Origin: Candidatus Saccharimonadota bacterium
Lineage (GTDB): Bacteria; Patescibacteriota; Saccharimonadia; Saccharimonadales; Saccharimonadaceae
Length of the DNA stretch: 32,000 bases
Direction of reading: 5' to 3'
Assembly: GCA_001029695.1 (NCBI GenBank)
Contig: CP011211.1
Location: 1 to 32,000 of the forward strand
The notes below the pieces were generated by a model that saw only the letters and a program-made list of their open reading frames with translations, ran no database searches and had not been told where the DNA came from. The position numbers were made by a program, and so were the translations under genes. Positions 15,168 to 24,235 of the stretch are shown piece after piece (the stretch's first letter is position 1; every line of letters begins with the position of its first letter).

Positions 15168-15980
15168 CTATGCCGCGAGGTCGTCCGGTGTATCGTGGAG
15201 TACTTTCCATCCCTGTTGTCCGCTATAGAGTTCTCGGAGGTTTTGTTTTGGCGCCACAGCGACGGGCTCACTGGACATCATCAACATAGGATAGTCGCTT
15301 TGCGTATCGCCGTAGCTGCTGCGTAGTGTGAATTGGTCTTGCAGGTCGAACTCACCGAGCCGTTTCGGTGTCTTCTCTGAAGCGTGTCCAAGTCCGTGAA
15401 TACGGTATTTGGTTAATGCGATGAGCATCCTTTCGGCGATTGCATCTTTATTGGTAGATCGTGTTTCGCACCTGCGTGACTGATGATAATATCCTTGGTT
15501 ATGGTAGTATCTCGTACCGGTGGCGATATCAGCCCCCATCTTCCTCTTAAGCGCTTGAATAATAAAGTCGGGTGAACCAGAGATGAGTCCGATATACGCA
15601 CCCTGCTCTTGCCACCGATGAATCTCCTCGACAACTTCTGGGTATGCGTTTTGTTCGTACTCGATCGCAACGATCTCTGTGGCGATTTTTCCTAGCTGCG
15701 TGCATGATTTTCCACGTAGCTGTTCGTCAAAGCTAAGAATCAACGGATTGAGATAGTCCCGAGGGTTTTCGAGTGTGCGAGCTTCGTACTGCTTTTGTAG
15801 TGTTGAAAGTGTTTCTTTTATCTCTTCCGAGGGAGTAATAAGACCTGCTTCAGTCATAGCCCAGTAAGCCTTGCCAGTAAGTTCATCTGTGTTATCAGGA
15901 ATGATCGTTCCGTCCACGTCGAACAGTACGAGCTCCTTTGGGCGCCGCTCTTCGGGTAAAGATGAACGGATGTGATTCAT
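15168..15980 (-). CDS. HAD-superfamily hydrolase (subfamily IB-like)
   Basis: Motif I LFDVDGTII, motif II LISGSP and motif IV GDTQSDYPM. Confidence 0.8.
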   Translation of the reverse strand: MNHIRSSLPEERRPKELVLFDVDGTIIPDNTDELTGKAYWAMTEAGLITPSEEIKETLSTLQKQYEARTLENPRDYLNPLILSFDEQLRGKSCTQLGKIATEIVAIEYEQNAYPEVVEEIHRWQEQGAYIGLISGSPDFIIQALKRKMGADIATGTRYYHNQGYYHQSRRCETRSTNKDAIAERMLIALTKYRIHGLGHASEKTPKRLGEFDLQDQFTLRSSYGDTQSDYPMLMMSSEPVAVAPKQNLRELYSGQQGWKVLHDTPDDLAA

Positions 15981-16027
15981 GGTAAATATAAGTTATACTC
16001 GCAACTCGCGACTTTGGCAAGTGGTTG

Positions 16028-16417
16028 CTATAAAGTTGTTTTTTTATGACGAAGCTTATTGTTTATCCAAGCTTCATTTTTTTCATCATCCGTCTTGCCC
16101 TTGAACTGATCGGCTGGATACTTCTTGGCGGCTTTGTCGAGCTTTTCGAGTATGGCTGTAGGGATATCAATATCATTTGAATGAGCAAATTGGAAGGCAT
16201 AAATGAATATGTCGGCGAGTTCTTCCGCTAGATCTTGCCTTTTACCGACGGGCTTGTCGCCCCACTGGTAATGCTCAAGTAGCTCATTTGCCTCAAGCGC
16301 TATAGATATTGCAAGTCCACGAGGTGGATTGTCTTGCCAGTCTCTTGCTTCGAGGTGTGCTTGAATAGTTTCACTTATCTGACGAAATGTTTTATCTGAT
16401 GAGTCTGAATCTATCAA
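16028..16417 (-). CDS. MazG-like nucleotide pyrophosphohydrolase
   Basis: The EANELLEHYQW...LAEELADIFIYAF pattern is typical of small MazG/dCTPase-like proteins. The start is TTG with AGGAG 4 nt upstream. The gene is operonic with xth. Confidence 0.7.
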   Translation of the reverse strand: MIDSDSSDKTFRQISETIQAHLEARDWQDNPPRGLAISIALEANELLEHYQWGDKPVGKRQDLAEELADIFIYAFQFAHSNDIDIPTAILEKLDKAAKKYPADQFKGKTDDEKNEAWINNKLRHKKTTL

Positions 16418-16432
16418 ACTTCTCCTGACTAT

Positions 16433-17227
16433 TTATAGTTCGATGCTCACTGGGCAGTGATCTGATCCCATGATATCTGGGTGGATGTTTGCCGATTTGA
16501 TCTCATCTTTGATGCTGTCTGAGGCGAGAAAATAGTCAATCCTCCAGCCGACATTACGTTCACGAGCATTTGCCCAATGTGTCCACCATGTATAAGCATC
16601 AGTTTTTTCTGGATAGAAGTGACGATATGTATCGACAAATCCAGCTGCAAGTATATTGTCAAAACCTTCTCTCTCTTCGGTCGTAAAGCCGTGCTTACCG
16701 ACATTTGGCTTTGGATTTGCGAGATCGATCTCTTGATGTGCAACGTTTAAGTCGCCACAGAATATTACTGGCTTTGTTTCAGATCGTCGCTTTACGTACG
16801 CGAGAAATGCCGGATCCCATTGTTCGTGTCGAAGTTTCAGCCGAGTAAGGTCTCCTTTGCTGTTTGGTGTATAGACAGTAACGAGGTAGAACTTTTCGTA
16901 TTCGAGTGTGAGAACTCGTCCTTCATTTGATACATCACCGTACTTGTCAGACTCAAGTTTATACTGACTGATGAGCTCTTCGGGTAGCCCGTAATAGGCG
17001 TTGAGTGGGTCAACTTTACTCCAGATTGCAGTGCCGCTGTAGCCTTTTTTCTCAGCGCTATTCCAAAATTTATGGTAGTTTGCAAAAGCTAGGTCAAGCT
17101 GTGTTTCGTGGGCTTTTGTCTCCTGAAAACAGATGATGTCAGGGTCTTCTTTGCTGATAAATTCGTCGAGTGCGCCTTTATTTGCGACCGCACGGATGCC
17201 GTTAACGTTCCAGGAATAGATTTTCAT
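16433..17227 (-). CDS. xth: Exodeoxyribonuclease III
   Basis: MKIYSWNVNGIRA, CFQETK, GDLNVAH and the C-terminal SDHCPV are canonical ExoIII/AP endonuclease motifs. Confidence 0.92.
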   Translation of the reverse strand: MKIYSWNVNGIRAVANKGALDEFISKEDPDIICFQETKAHETQLDLAFANYHKFWNSAEKKGYSGTAIWSKVDPLNAYYGLPEELISQYKLESDKYGDVSNEGRVLTLEYEKFYLVTVYTPNSKGDLTRLKLRHEQWDPAFLAYVKRRSETKPVIFCGDLNVAHQEIDLANPKPNVGKHGFTTEEREGFDNILAAGFVDTYRHFYPEKTDAYTWWTHWANARERNVGWRIDYFLASDSIKDEIKSANIHPDIMGSDHCPVSIEL

Positions 17228-17236
17228 ACTAAATCC

Positions 17237-17245
17237 AGTATATCA
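17237..17245 (-). promoter_or_regulatory. Extended -10 (TGaTATACT) 9 nt upstream of the xth ATG
   Basis: The reverse complement of 17228..17245 is TGATATACTGGATTTAGT, followed by ATG. No SD is present. Confidence 0.55.
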
Positions 17246-17249
17246 CCTA

Positions 17250-17278
17250 TTGACTTTATCTTCCTAAGGTATTATTGT
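17250..17278 (+). promoter_or_regulatory. Putative promoter TTGACT-17-TATTGT for the 17315 ORF
   Basis: -35 at 17250-17255 and -10 at 17273-17278. The leader carries AGGAG 6 nt before the ATG. Confidence 0.45.
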
Positions 17279-17314
17279 ATATTTGTCTCATATTCTTCCA
17301 GATAGGAGAAGCTC

Positions 17315-17695
17315 ATGAATGCAGTACGTACAGCCACAGCAGAACCTGGTATTCGGCAGTTTGATGTGAATGACCAATGGCTCCAGAAAATTTTAGGGAA
17401 TCATGCATTTACTGATGACTCAAGGAAAGGTCATAATAATTACAGAACGTCATTTAAAAGTGACGTGACGCTGAAAATGCCTTGCGGTAAGGTGATCGAC
17501 GTTCCGGCGGGGGTTGAGCTGTTGATTTTTCAAAGAACCATCAGCAGCCGGGCGAACATGACTGTTCTGACGATCTTCTTGAAGGATCGTCTCGTTAGTC
17601 TCAAGAGTGGTGGCAGGCTGTCGATCTCTAGATTTGCTGATCGTACGCATGTAATGATGCATAACCCGCCACTCGGTGGTGTCTGTATCGCGTAG
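17315..17695 (+). CDS. Hypothetical protein (126 aa)
   Basis: It has a good SD (AGGAG), an upstream promoter-like element and a downstream terminator. No family was recognised. Confidence 0.5.
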   Translation: MNAVRTATAEPGIRQFDVNDQWLQKILGNHAFTDDSRKGHNNYRTSFKSDVTLKMPCGKVIDVPAGVELLIFQRTISSRANMTVLTIFLKDRLVSLKSGGRLSISRFADRTHVMMHNPPLGGVCIA

Positions 17696-17715
17696 TCTCC
17701 GGAGTAATATGAGAG

Positions 17716-17744
17716 AGCCTGGCGTTTATCGCACAGGCTTTTTC
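17716..17744 (+). terminator. Rho-independent terminator
   Basis: Stem AGCCTGGCG / CGC(A)CAGGCT with one bulge and loop TTTAT, followed by a T5 run. Confidence 0.65.
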
Positions 17745-17746
17745 AT

Positions 17747-18226
17747 TTATTGTAGTTTTATTGCACGCGCCGCTTCGCGTGATTGGTCCCGTCGTTTGAG
17801 TGTTTCTCGTTTATCGTAATTCTTTTTTCCTTTTCCGAGTGCGATGACAACTTTTATGTATTTACCAGTTGTGAGGAGTTTCGTGGGGACGATCGTCATG
17901 CCGGCCTGCTTCTTCTCTTCAAGTGTATCGATTTGCTTTCGCTTGGCGAGGAGTTTACGGGGGCTTGTATCGATTGTTCGTGCGTTCACCTGCCCTCTTT
18001 CATTTAGCTTGAGGCTAAAGCTGGCGTTATTGAGCCATAATTCGTGATTACGAATCGTGACAAACGAGCCTTTTAGTTGGATGTGGCCATCTCTAGCGGC
18101 ACGAACTTCTGGGCCTGTTAGTACGACACCAGTGACGATGTCTTCTTGTAGCTCATAGTCAAAGCTAGCCCTGCGGTTGAGGACATTTTTTGGCTGAGTG
18201 GTCACTTTCTTTTTTTTCTGCGCCAT
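17747..18226 (-). CDS. smpB: SsrA-binding protein SmpB
   Basis: NRRASFDYELQEDIVTGVVLTGPEV...LKGSFV...ELWLNN and the basic C-terminal tail are typical of SmpB. Length is 159 aa. Confidence 0.9.
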   Translation of the reverse strand: MAQKKKKVTTQPKNVLNRRASFDYELQEDIVTGVVLTGPEVRAARDGHIQLKGSFVTIRNHELWLNNASFSLKLNERGQVNARTIDTSPRKLLAKRKQIDTLEEKKQAGMTIVPTKLLTTGKYIKVVIALGKGKKNYDKRETLKRRDQSREAARAIKLQ

Positions 18227-18235
18227 GATTGTGTA

Positions 18236-18244
18236 ATTATATCA
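18236..18244 (-). promoter_or_regulatory. Extended -10 (TGaTATAAT) 9 nt upstream of the smpB ATG
   Basis: The reverse complement of 18227..18244 is TGATATAATTACACAATC, followed by ATG. No SD is present. Confidence 0.55.
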
Positions 18245-18265
18245 TATTGTCACCTCGAGAGATTA

Positions 18266-18294
18266 TTGACATAAACATGCTAGGCTTGTATAAT
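18266..18294 (+). promoter_or_regulatory. Consensus sigma70-type promoter TTGACA-17-TATAAT
   Basis: TTGACA at 18266-18271 and TATAAT at 18289-18294 with exactly 17 nt between them. It would drive a roughly 60-nt leader before the ATG at 18362. Confidence 0.7.
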
Positions 18295-18361
18295 AAACAT
18301 ACTCAAAACGCAATTTTGCGCCGAAGGAGTTCTTTTCATTCTACTAACGACAGGACAGGAC

Positions 18362-18985
18362 ATGTCAAAGCAACGATGGATGTATATACTATTTATGTTG
18401 GCGGGCGTAGCGTTATATGTGCTCATCATTATCTCTGTATTGCAGAGTAATGTGCTCGCTGTGATTTTTTTGGCGCTTCTCGTTTCGCCAGTAACTTTTG
18501 GGTTGCTGGCATGGCAATTTGAAGGTGGACTGTTCCGCGTATACGAAGTATTCGATCCTCGTATACAAAGTTGGGCATTTCTCAGTGATCTTTTTGTTTT
18601 TCCTGCTACACTCGCTTTTGCAGCGTTGGCGCGTAAGCAAGTTTCGGAACCGAATCTATCCACAAACGTTTACTGGCATGTGATATCTGTGGCAGTGGCT
18701 GTCGCGGTGGCGGTAGGGTTTCACTTTGTCGACAAGGATAGCTACGATGACGAGCAACTACAGAGCCCGACAAAAGTTTGGCATGACTGGGTGACTTACC
18801 CTGTGCTAGCGAGCGCTCTGATGGTCGTTGCGATGCCGTTGCTTGCGAATTTCAACAGCTACGCATCTGCTATCTTGGTGTTGATATTTTCCTGGATCGG
18901 CCTCTGTATATGGGATGGATTTCGTCGGCTCGATCCCCAGAAGCTCCATATTCGATGGAATGTGGAGAAATTTATGCCGCAGTAG
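18362..18985 (+). CDS. Hypothetical polytopic membrane protein (207 aa)
   Basis: About six hydrophobic helices. AGGA repeats precede the ATG. No family was recognised. Confidence 0.6.
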   Translation: MSKQRWMYILFMLAGVALYVLIIISVLQSNVLAVIFLALLVSPVTFGLLAWQFEGGLFRVYEVFDPRIQSWAFLSDLFVFPATLAFAALARKQVSEPNLSTNVYWHVISVAVAVAVAVGFHFVDKDSYDDEQLQSPTKVWHDWVTYPVLASALMVVAMPLLANFNSYASAILVLIFSWIGLCIWDGFRRLDPQKLHIRWNVEKFMPQ

Positions 18986-19007
18986 CTACGTGAGTTAGTA
19001 GGAATTT

Positions 19008-19056
19008 CCGCTCGTTTCTCATCTATTTTTTTTGGATGATGAGGCGAGCGGTTTTT
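19008..19056 (+). terminator. Rho-independent terminator (long imperfect hairpin plus T5)
   Basis: CCGCTCG (19008-19014) pairs with CGAGCGG (19045-19051). Inner CTCATC/GATGAG pairing adds to the stem. TTTTT follows at 19052-19056. Confidence 0.65.
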
Positions 19057-19088
19057 CTTTTGGTCTGCTACACTAAATCGTAGATATT

Positions 19089-20615
19089 ATGCCTGCCTCC
19101 AACTCTTCATATGACCTTGATACTATTTTGCCTGGTGTGACTGAGGCGTATGCGGCGCTGCGATCGCCATCGAGATCTGGGCTGCAGACGAGTACAGGTA
19201 GTTTTTATAACCACACACTTTTTGGTCGCGATGCTTCGATGGCAGCAAAGTTCGTGAGTGATTTTGATCACGATATTGTCGTAGAGACGATTATCGCTCT
19301 CGCTGAGCTGCAGGGTAGTCAGTATAATTCGCGTACTCAAGAACAGCCCGGGAGAATACATCACGAGTTTCGAGACTTTCGTACATGGAAAAGTACATTT
19401 TTTGAGCGTATACCCTTCATTGTACTTAATCAAAAATGGGACATTCGAGATCGTCGTCTCTTGTCGTACTTCTCGCTCGACACGACGTCTTCGTATATTC
19501 GGCTTGTCCATAAGCATGCTACGCGAATCGACAGGGCTATCCTCGACCGCTCGACAACTAATCATCATGGACATACACAGACGATAGAGCAAAGTATTGT
19601 AGCTGCTGCTGAATGGATAATGGATAAGGTTAATGACCGAGGATTAGTTGGTGAATGGAGGCGAAATCCTTGGTCGCTACCCTTTCAGACATTTCAGGAT
19701 TCACTATACGCTCGACGCGACAGGTCGCTAGTAAATTATACGGACTTCACGACGTACGTAGAGGTTCAGGCACTTGCAGCTGATGCGCTGTATGACATGG
19801 CTCACCTTCTTCCGCGTCACGAAAAGGCGCAAATATGGCGCGAGACTGCACTTCGGATGCATCAGTCTATGATTCATGAATTTAGTAATGAGGATGGGTT
19901 TCTTGCCTCGGCAATCGATAGTCGAGGGGTTGTCGATGTCGCCAATGTAAGCGCTGGCTGGACGCTCAATACTTCCCTGTGGGATGAAATGTCGATAGCT
20001 GACCGCTCGCATCATATTGGCGCCATTGTCGAACGTTTGTTCTCGAGTGGCTTTTTGACCAACGTCGGACTTCGCACGCGTTCAAGGATGGTTCCCGATC
20101 CTGTGAAACATTCTGTAGACTACCACGGGTCTGAGACAGTATGGCCAATGTTTAGCTTTATGGTTGTGGAGGGTCTTAGGCGTCATCGATTGTACGAGCT
20201 TGCTCAGCAGCTTGAAAATCGTATTATTAACGGCCTAAATGCTACTGGTGGCTTTCCTGAATTTCATATAGTACGTCGTAACGGATCACTAATACTTCCG
20301 GCAAAAAGTCGTTTTAGTCCTACGCTACAGGTGCATATGAAGCCTGAGCAGAACATTGCCTTTTCAGTGGTTCCTGGAGTGGTGATGGCGCGTCGTTCGA
20401 TTGAACTAGGCGGAAAGTTAGCACAACTACCGTGGCAAGCCGAGCTTGAAAAGCGTGTGCTGGAAAAAATAAAACATATCGATAGGGCCGATCCATCATC
20501 TGCCATAGATGCCGTGGGTCCAGTAGTGCATTTACATTTAAGGCGCTGGTCTGCTGGGCTAAGAACGATCTATTATTTCTGGAAAGAAAAACGTCGAATA
20601 GATAAAAATTCCTAG
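19089..20615 (+). CDS. Amylo-alpha-1,6-glucosidase / six-hairpin glycosidase family-like protein
   Basis: HTLFGRDASM (the FGRD motif of GDE_C-type enzymes), later acidic and aromatic motifs and ETVWPMFSFMVVEGL. Length is 508 aa. This is motif-level evidence. Confidence 0.5.
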   Translation: MPASNSSYDLDTILPGVTEAYAALRSPSRSGLQTSTGSFYNHTLFGRDASMAAKFVSDFDHDIVVETIIALAELQGSQYNSRTQEQPGRIHHEFRDFRTWKSTFFERIPFIVLNQKWDIRDRRLLSYFSLDTTSSYIRLVHKHATRIDRAILDRSTTNHHGHTQTIEQSIVAAAEWIMDKVNDRGLVGEWRRNPWSLPFQTFQDSLYARRDRSLVNYTDFTTYVEVQALAADALYDMAHLLPRHEKAQIWRETALRMHQSMIHEFSNEDGFLASAIDSRGVVDVANVSAGWTLNTSLWDEMSIADRSHHIGAIVERLFSSGFLTNVGLRTRSRMVPDPVKHSVDYHGSETVWPMFSFMVVEGLRRHRLYELAQQLENRIINGLNATGGFPEFHIVRRNGSLILPAKSRFSPTLQVHMKPEQNIAFSVVPGVVMARRSIELGGKLAQLPWQAELEKRVLEKIKHIDRADPSSAIDAVGPVVHLHLRRWSAGLRTIYYFWKEKRRIDKNS

Positions 20616-21373
20616 AGCGACCTACGTATGAGCTGTTCGGCAAGCTCTGGTGTTTTGGCGATAGTGTGATGTCCCGTCTCGACAATTTTTATAGTAATGT
20701 TCTCCGGAAGTCTTTGCTGGTTGAGATTTTCTTGGTAGACGAGGCGGTCATATTTGCCGACCACGAGCAAAGTTGGTAGTGTTGATTGACGAAGATCGTC
20801 GAGGAGTTCAGCTGCGAGAATAATACGCTGGTATCCGCCTTCCCTTGCGTGGCGTGAAGCACGTAGTGTGTCGGCGACATTTATTTCTGGACGCTTTTGA
20901 AAAATATTGCGAGGCATCGCTTTTAAGAGTGACCAGTAGACTCTTCTCCTCGGCGAATGAAGTAGCATGTTGTAGCCTTTGTTAGTGCGAGCAAAGGCAT
21001 CTTTTGCTTGCTCGGTTGTGGTAAATATTGGTGGATTGAAAAGCTGAACTGACGATACCTCATCTGGGTACATGTTCGCGTAGCGAAGGCTGACAAGCGC
21101 TCCCATAGAATGACCTATGAGCGTAAAGGGCTGCTCGATCTTGAGATGTAGTAATGTCTCATGAATAGCATGGACTTGATCATCGTAGCTGATATACTCT
21201 TTTGGTTTTGGCGAATCACCAAACCCGAGCAGATCAATTGTAATAACTTGATGGCCTCGTGCGAGCTGCTTGCGGAGTGTTTTGAAGTAATGCGAAGAGG
21301 ATAAGAATCCATGAACAAGGACGATTGGCTTGCCTTTGCCGATAATTTCACTATGAAGAAGTCTACGTGTCAT
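20612..21373 (-). CDS. Alpha/beta hydrolase
   Basis: The oxyanion region is PIVLVHGFLSS, the nucleophile elbow is GHSMGA and the C-terminal His lies in ETGHH. Confidence 0.8.
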   Translation of the reverse strand: MTRRLLHSEIIGKGKPIVLVHGFLSSSHYFKTLRKQLARGHQVITIDLLGFGDSPKPKEYISYDDQVHAIHETLLHLKIEQPFTLIGHSMGALVSLRYANMYPDEVSSVQLFNPPIFTTTEQAKDAFARTNKGYNMLLHSPRRRVYWSLLKAMPRNIFQKRPEINVADTLRASRHAREGGYQRIILAAELLDDLRQSTLPTLLVVGKYDRLVYQENLNQQRLPENITIKIVETGHHTIAKTPELAEQLIRRSL

Positions 21374-21382
21374 CTCCTACGT

Positions 21383-21390
21383 AGTATACT
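21383..21390. promoter_or_regulatory. Palindromic AGTATACT acting as a putative shared -10 for both divergent genes
   Basis: TATACT reads on the + strand at 21385-21390, 9 nt before the pyrH ATG at 21400. It also reads on the - strand at 21388-21383, 9 nt before the hydrolase ATG at 21373. Confidence 0.45.
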
Positions 21391-21399
21391 GGGTTACAT

Positions 21400-22104
21400 A
21401 TGTATAAACGAGTACTTCTAAAACTTTCCGGAGAACAACTACAGGGTAAATTTGATGGCGGCTTTGATGCTGAGCGAGCATCGTGGATCGCGAGCGAGAT
21501 TCGAAAAGCGACTGCTCACGGCACAGAGATTGTCGTGATGATTGGTGGCGGTAACTACGCTCGTGGGGCGCAGCTTACGGGCGGCGGAGTTCAACGCGTG
21601 ACGGCTGACAATATTGGCATGATGGCGACGATGATGAACGCCGTGGCGCTAGCCGATGTGTTTAATAGCGAAGGATTACCTGCTCGTGCACTAACGAATA
21701 TCAAGGCTGATCAGGTCGCCGATCAATTTACGCATCGTCGTGCTTTGTCTCATCTCGAAAAAGAGCGTGTCGTTATTGTGGCTGGCGGTATTGGGCGTCC
21801 TTACCTTACGACTGATACGGCAGCAGTAAGTTTGGCACTCGAACTTGACTGCGACGTGATCTTAAAGGCGACGAAAGTCGATGGTGTGTATGACAGCGAT
21901 CCGCACAAAAATACTGATGCGAAGCGTTTTGATACATTAACTCTTCAGGAAGCAGTCGAGCGTCCAGATATCAAGGTGATGGACAAGGCGGCGATTGCTC
22001 TAGCCTACGATCACGATCAGTCACTTGTTGTATTCAGTCTTCTTGAAACTGACAATATCGCTCGAGTGATTGCTGGTGAGCCGATAGGTACGACAATTAG
22101 CTAG
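21400..22104 (+). CDS. pyrH: UMP kinase
   Basis: YKRVLLKLSGE, GGGN.ARG, the TTD pattern and KATKVDGVYDSDP are canonical PyrH motifs. Confidence 0.92.
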   Translation: MYKRVLLKLSGEQLQGKFDGGFDAERASWIASEIRKATAHGTEIVVMIGGGNYARGAQLTGGGVQRVTADNIGMMATMMNAVALADVFNSEGLPARALTNIKADQVADQFTHRRALSHLEKERVVIVAGGIGRPYLTTDTAAVSLALELDCDVILKATKVDGVYDSDPHKNTDAKRFDTLTLQEAVERPDIKVMDKAAIALAYDHDQSLVVFSLLETDNIARVIAGEPIGTTIS

Positions 22105-22113
22105 GCTGTACCT

Positions 22114-23343
22114 ATGAATATACTACTCGTCACTGATGTATATCTGCCAGCGCTTGGTGGTACTGAGACGGCTACTTCGAATCAGAAAAAAATCCTGGAG
22201 CAAGCGGGGCATACTGTGTATCTTGCGACAGCTCGAACAAAGTCACCCCCTGTATCAGAAAAGAATGTTGTCTATTTCGATGGCCCGCCGCTACTAAGAA
22301 CGGGAGTCTACGGTATGGTTCCTCCGACAAAGAGGATTATTGCTCAATTGATACAACTATTGTCCGACCAAAGAATTGAGATAGTACATATTACGACAGA
22401 AGTAGGGCTTGCTCACGGGGCAACAGTGGCAGCGAAACAGCTCGGTATACCCGTTGTATTTACCCCGCACACTCTTTATTGGAGGCATGTTGACAACCTC
22501 GGCCTTGCAAAACTAGGAGCTGCAGCGTATTTTCGATTTATCAGCCGAGTACTTCCTTATAGCGAGAAGCTTGAAAAGCTACAGAAAGAAAGTTGGGCGG
22601 CTTGGTCGGTGCGCCTAACCGTATTCCGGCTTATGCAGTCAGTAGATTATGCGACTCCCCCGTCCCGTCACCTTCTCGAAAACTTACAATCTTGGGGTAT
22701 TGCTACGCCGATGACAGTTAATCAAAATGCTATCACATCGACGCCTCGCTCGGTTGCACTTCCGGAAGTTCCTACGCTACTTTGGCTGGGGCGTTTAAGC
22801 GCTGAGAAGCAGCCCTTAGAGTTTCTTGAGGCTGTTTTGGTCGCCGAGTCTAGCGTTGACGTTCCTTTTAAAGTACTTATCGTAGGAAGCGGTCCTCTCG
22901 AAAAAGAAGTTGTTGCGTATACTAAAAAAAGTAAGATTATTACCTATCAGCCAGCGGTTGGTCCGGCTGCTGTACGTGAGTTGTACGATCAGTCGAGCGT
23001 ACTATGCGTAACTTCGAATGGATTTGATAATCAGCCTATGGTCATCGTTGAGGCACTCAATGCAGGGCGTGGGGTCTTGTATCGTGATCCAAAACTCACT
23101 GAATGCTTTCAGACAAGCAGTGGCTATCTTGCAAAGGACGAAAGTGTGGCCTCGCTCGCGGATGCGATTGTCCAGATAGTTACTGACGAGGATATTATCC
23201 CTACACTCTCGAAGGCAGCGGTCAAAGATGCTGTTCGGTATCAACCGCAAGCATTGCTGGATCGATTAAATCGCGTGTATACTCAATTAACTAAGGAAGA
23301 TATAACAACAAGGATGAGCAAAAGTGACAAATCAAACCAGTAA
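22114..23343 (+). CDS. GT4-family glycosyltransferase
   Basis: The N-terminus ILLVTDVYLPALGGTE is a GT4 N-domain. The C-terminal E-x7-E-like region is NQPMVIVEALNAG. Confidence 0.75.
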   Translation: MNILLVTDVYLPALGGTETATSNQKKILEQAGHTVYLATARTKSPPVSEKNVVYFDGPPLLRTGVYGMVPPTKRIIAQLIQLLSDQRIEIVHITTEVGLAHGATVAAKQLGIPVVFTPHTLYWRHVDNLGLAKLGAAAYFRFISRVLPYSEKLEKLQKESWAAWSVRLTVFRLMQSVDYATPPSRHLLENLQSWGIATPMTVNQNAITSTPRSVALPEVPTLLWLGRLSAEKQPLEFLEAVLVAESSVDVPFKVLIVGSGPLEKEVVAYTKKSKIITYQPAVGPAAVRELYDQSSVLCVTSNGFDNQPMVIVEALNAGRGVLYRDPKLTECFQTSSGYLAKDESVASLADAIVQIVTDEDIIPTLSKAAVKDAVRYQPQALLDRLNRVYTQLTKEDITTRMSKSDKSNQ

Positions 23344-24226
23344 TCAGACAAGAACGCTTCGTGAGGTGGCGGACGGATTTAAATTATTGAAGACGACATA
23401 CGGATCTTCTAAGTTCTCGTTTCTTGTCGCAAACGAAGCCGCCCCAAAGGTGGCGGTCATGATGCACGGCGTTACTGGCAACAAGCTTGACATGGCTGCA
23501 ATGGCAGAAGCAGCGGTAAAATTAGGCTATGCAGTGTATATGCCAGACCTACCTGGTCATGGCGACGCGCCTGAGTTATTCGTGACGGAATTCGACCAAC
23601 TTGGACGGTGGTTTAATGAGTGCGTACTATCGATTGGTCGTATACCCGAGGTTGTCATGGGGCATTCGTACGGTTCAGCAATTTGCTACAACTATGCGCA
23701 GCAGGGTTTCTTGCCAGAAAGTACCCGTCTTGTAATGGGCTGTCCAACCCCGACTATTGCATGGTCTACTCGTATTCTCGGCCCTATTACGGGTATGTTT
23801 CCTGGCCCAATTATTACGAGGCTTTACAATACAAAGCTTGCTATTGATGTGCGTGTCAATTATTTATCACAAGTCAATTCCTTGCAATCTCGACAGTGGA
23901 TGTTTGAGTCTGAATATCATAAAGTTCCCTTTATTGACATGAGAATTGGAAACTATTTGGGTATGCTGATACAGACAGACAATCCTTTTCGAGGCCCTCG
24001 AATCTCTGAAGATATTCAAAAACGTACCACAGTAGTTCTTGGACTGAAAGATAATGTCGTTACCCCGAAAGCAGCAGGGTATCTCCGTTCGATTTTGCCG
24101 CACGCTCGATTTGGTGAGCTGACCGATGCTGGGCATATTCTTCATTTTGAAGCTCCGATCGAAGCTGTCTCTTATCTCGATCACAAGGGCGTAGATGTTA
24201 ACATGCGTAGCGTCGTGGTAAAATAA
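23324..24226 (+). CDS. Alpha/beta hydrolase embedded in the glycosyltransferase cluster
   Basis: MMHGVTGNK, the nucleophile elbow GHSYGS and the C-terminal DAGHILHFE. The GTG start overlaps the upstream gene by 20 nt, so the start is uncertain. Confidence 0.65.
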   Translation: MTNQTSNQTRTLREVADGFKLLKTTYGSSKFSFLVANEAAPKVAVMMHGVTGNKLDMAAMAEAAVKLGYAVYMPDLPGHGDAPELFVTEFDQLGRWFNECVLSIGRIPEVVMGHSYGSAICYNYAQQGFLPESTRLVMGCPTPTIAWSTRILGPITGMFPGPIITRLYNTKLAIDVRVNYLSQVNSLQSRQWMFESEYHKVPFIDMRIGNYLGMLIQTDNPFRGPRISEDIQKRTTVVLGLKDNVVTPKAAGYLRSILPHARFGELTDAGHILHFEAPIEAVSYLDHKGVDVNMRSVVVK

Positions 24227-24235
24227 AACTAAGTA

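Noticed and set aside
18324-18329. AAGGAG in the leader of the 18362 gene, possibly marking a small upstream ORF
   Set aside because: There is no ATG, GTG or TTG at a suitable distance downstream. It is probably coincidental.
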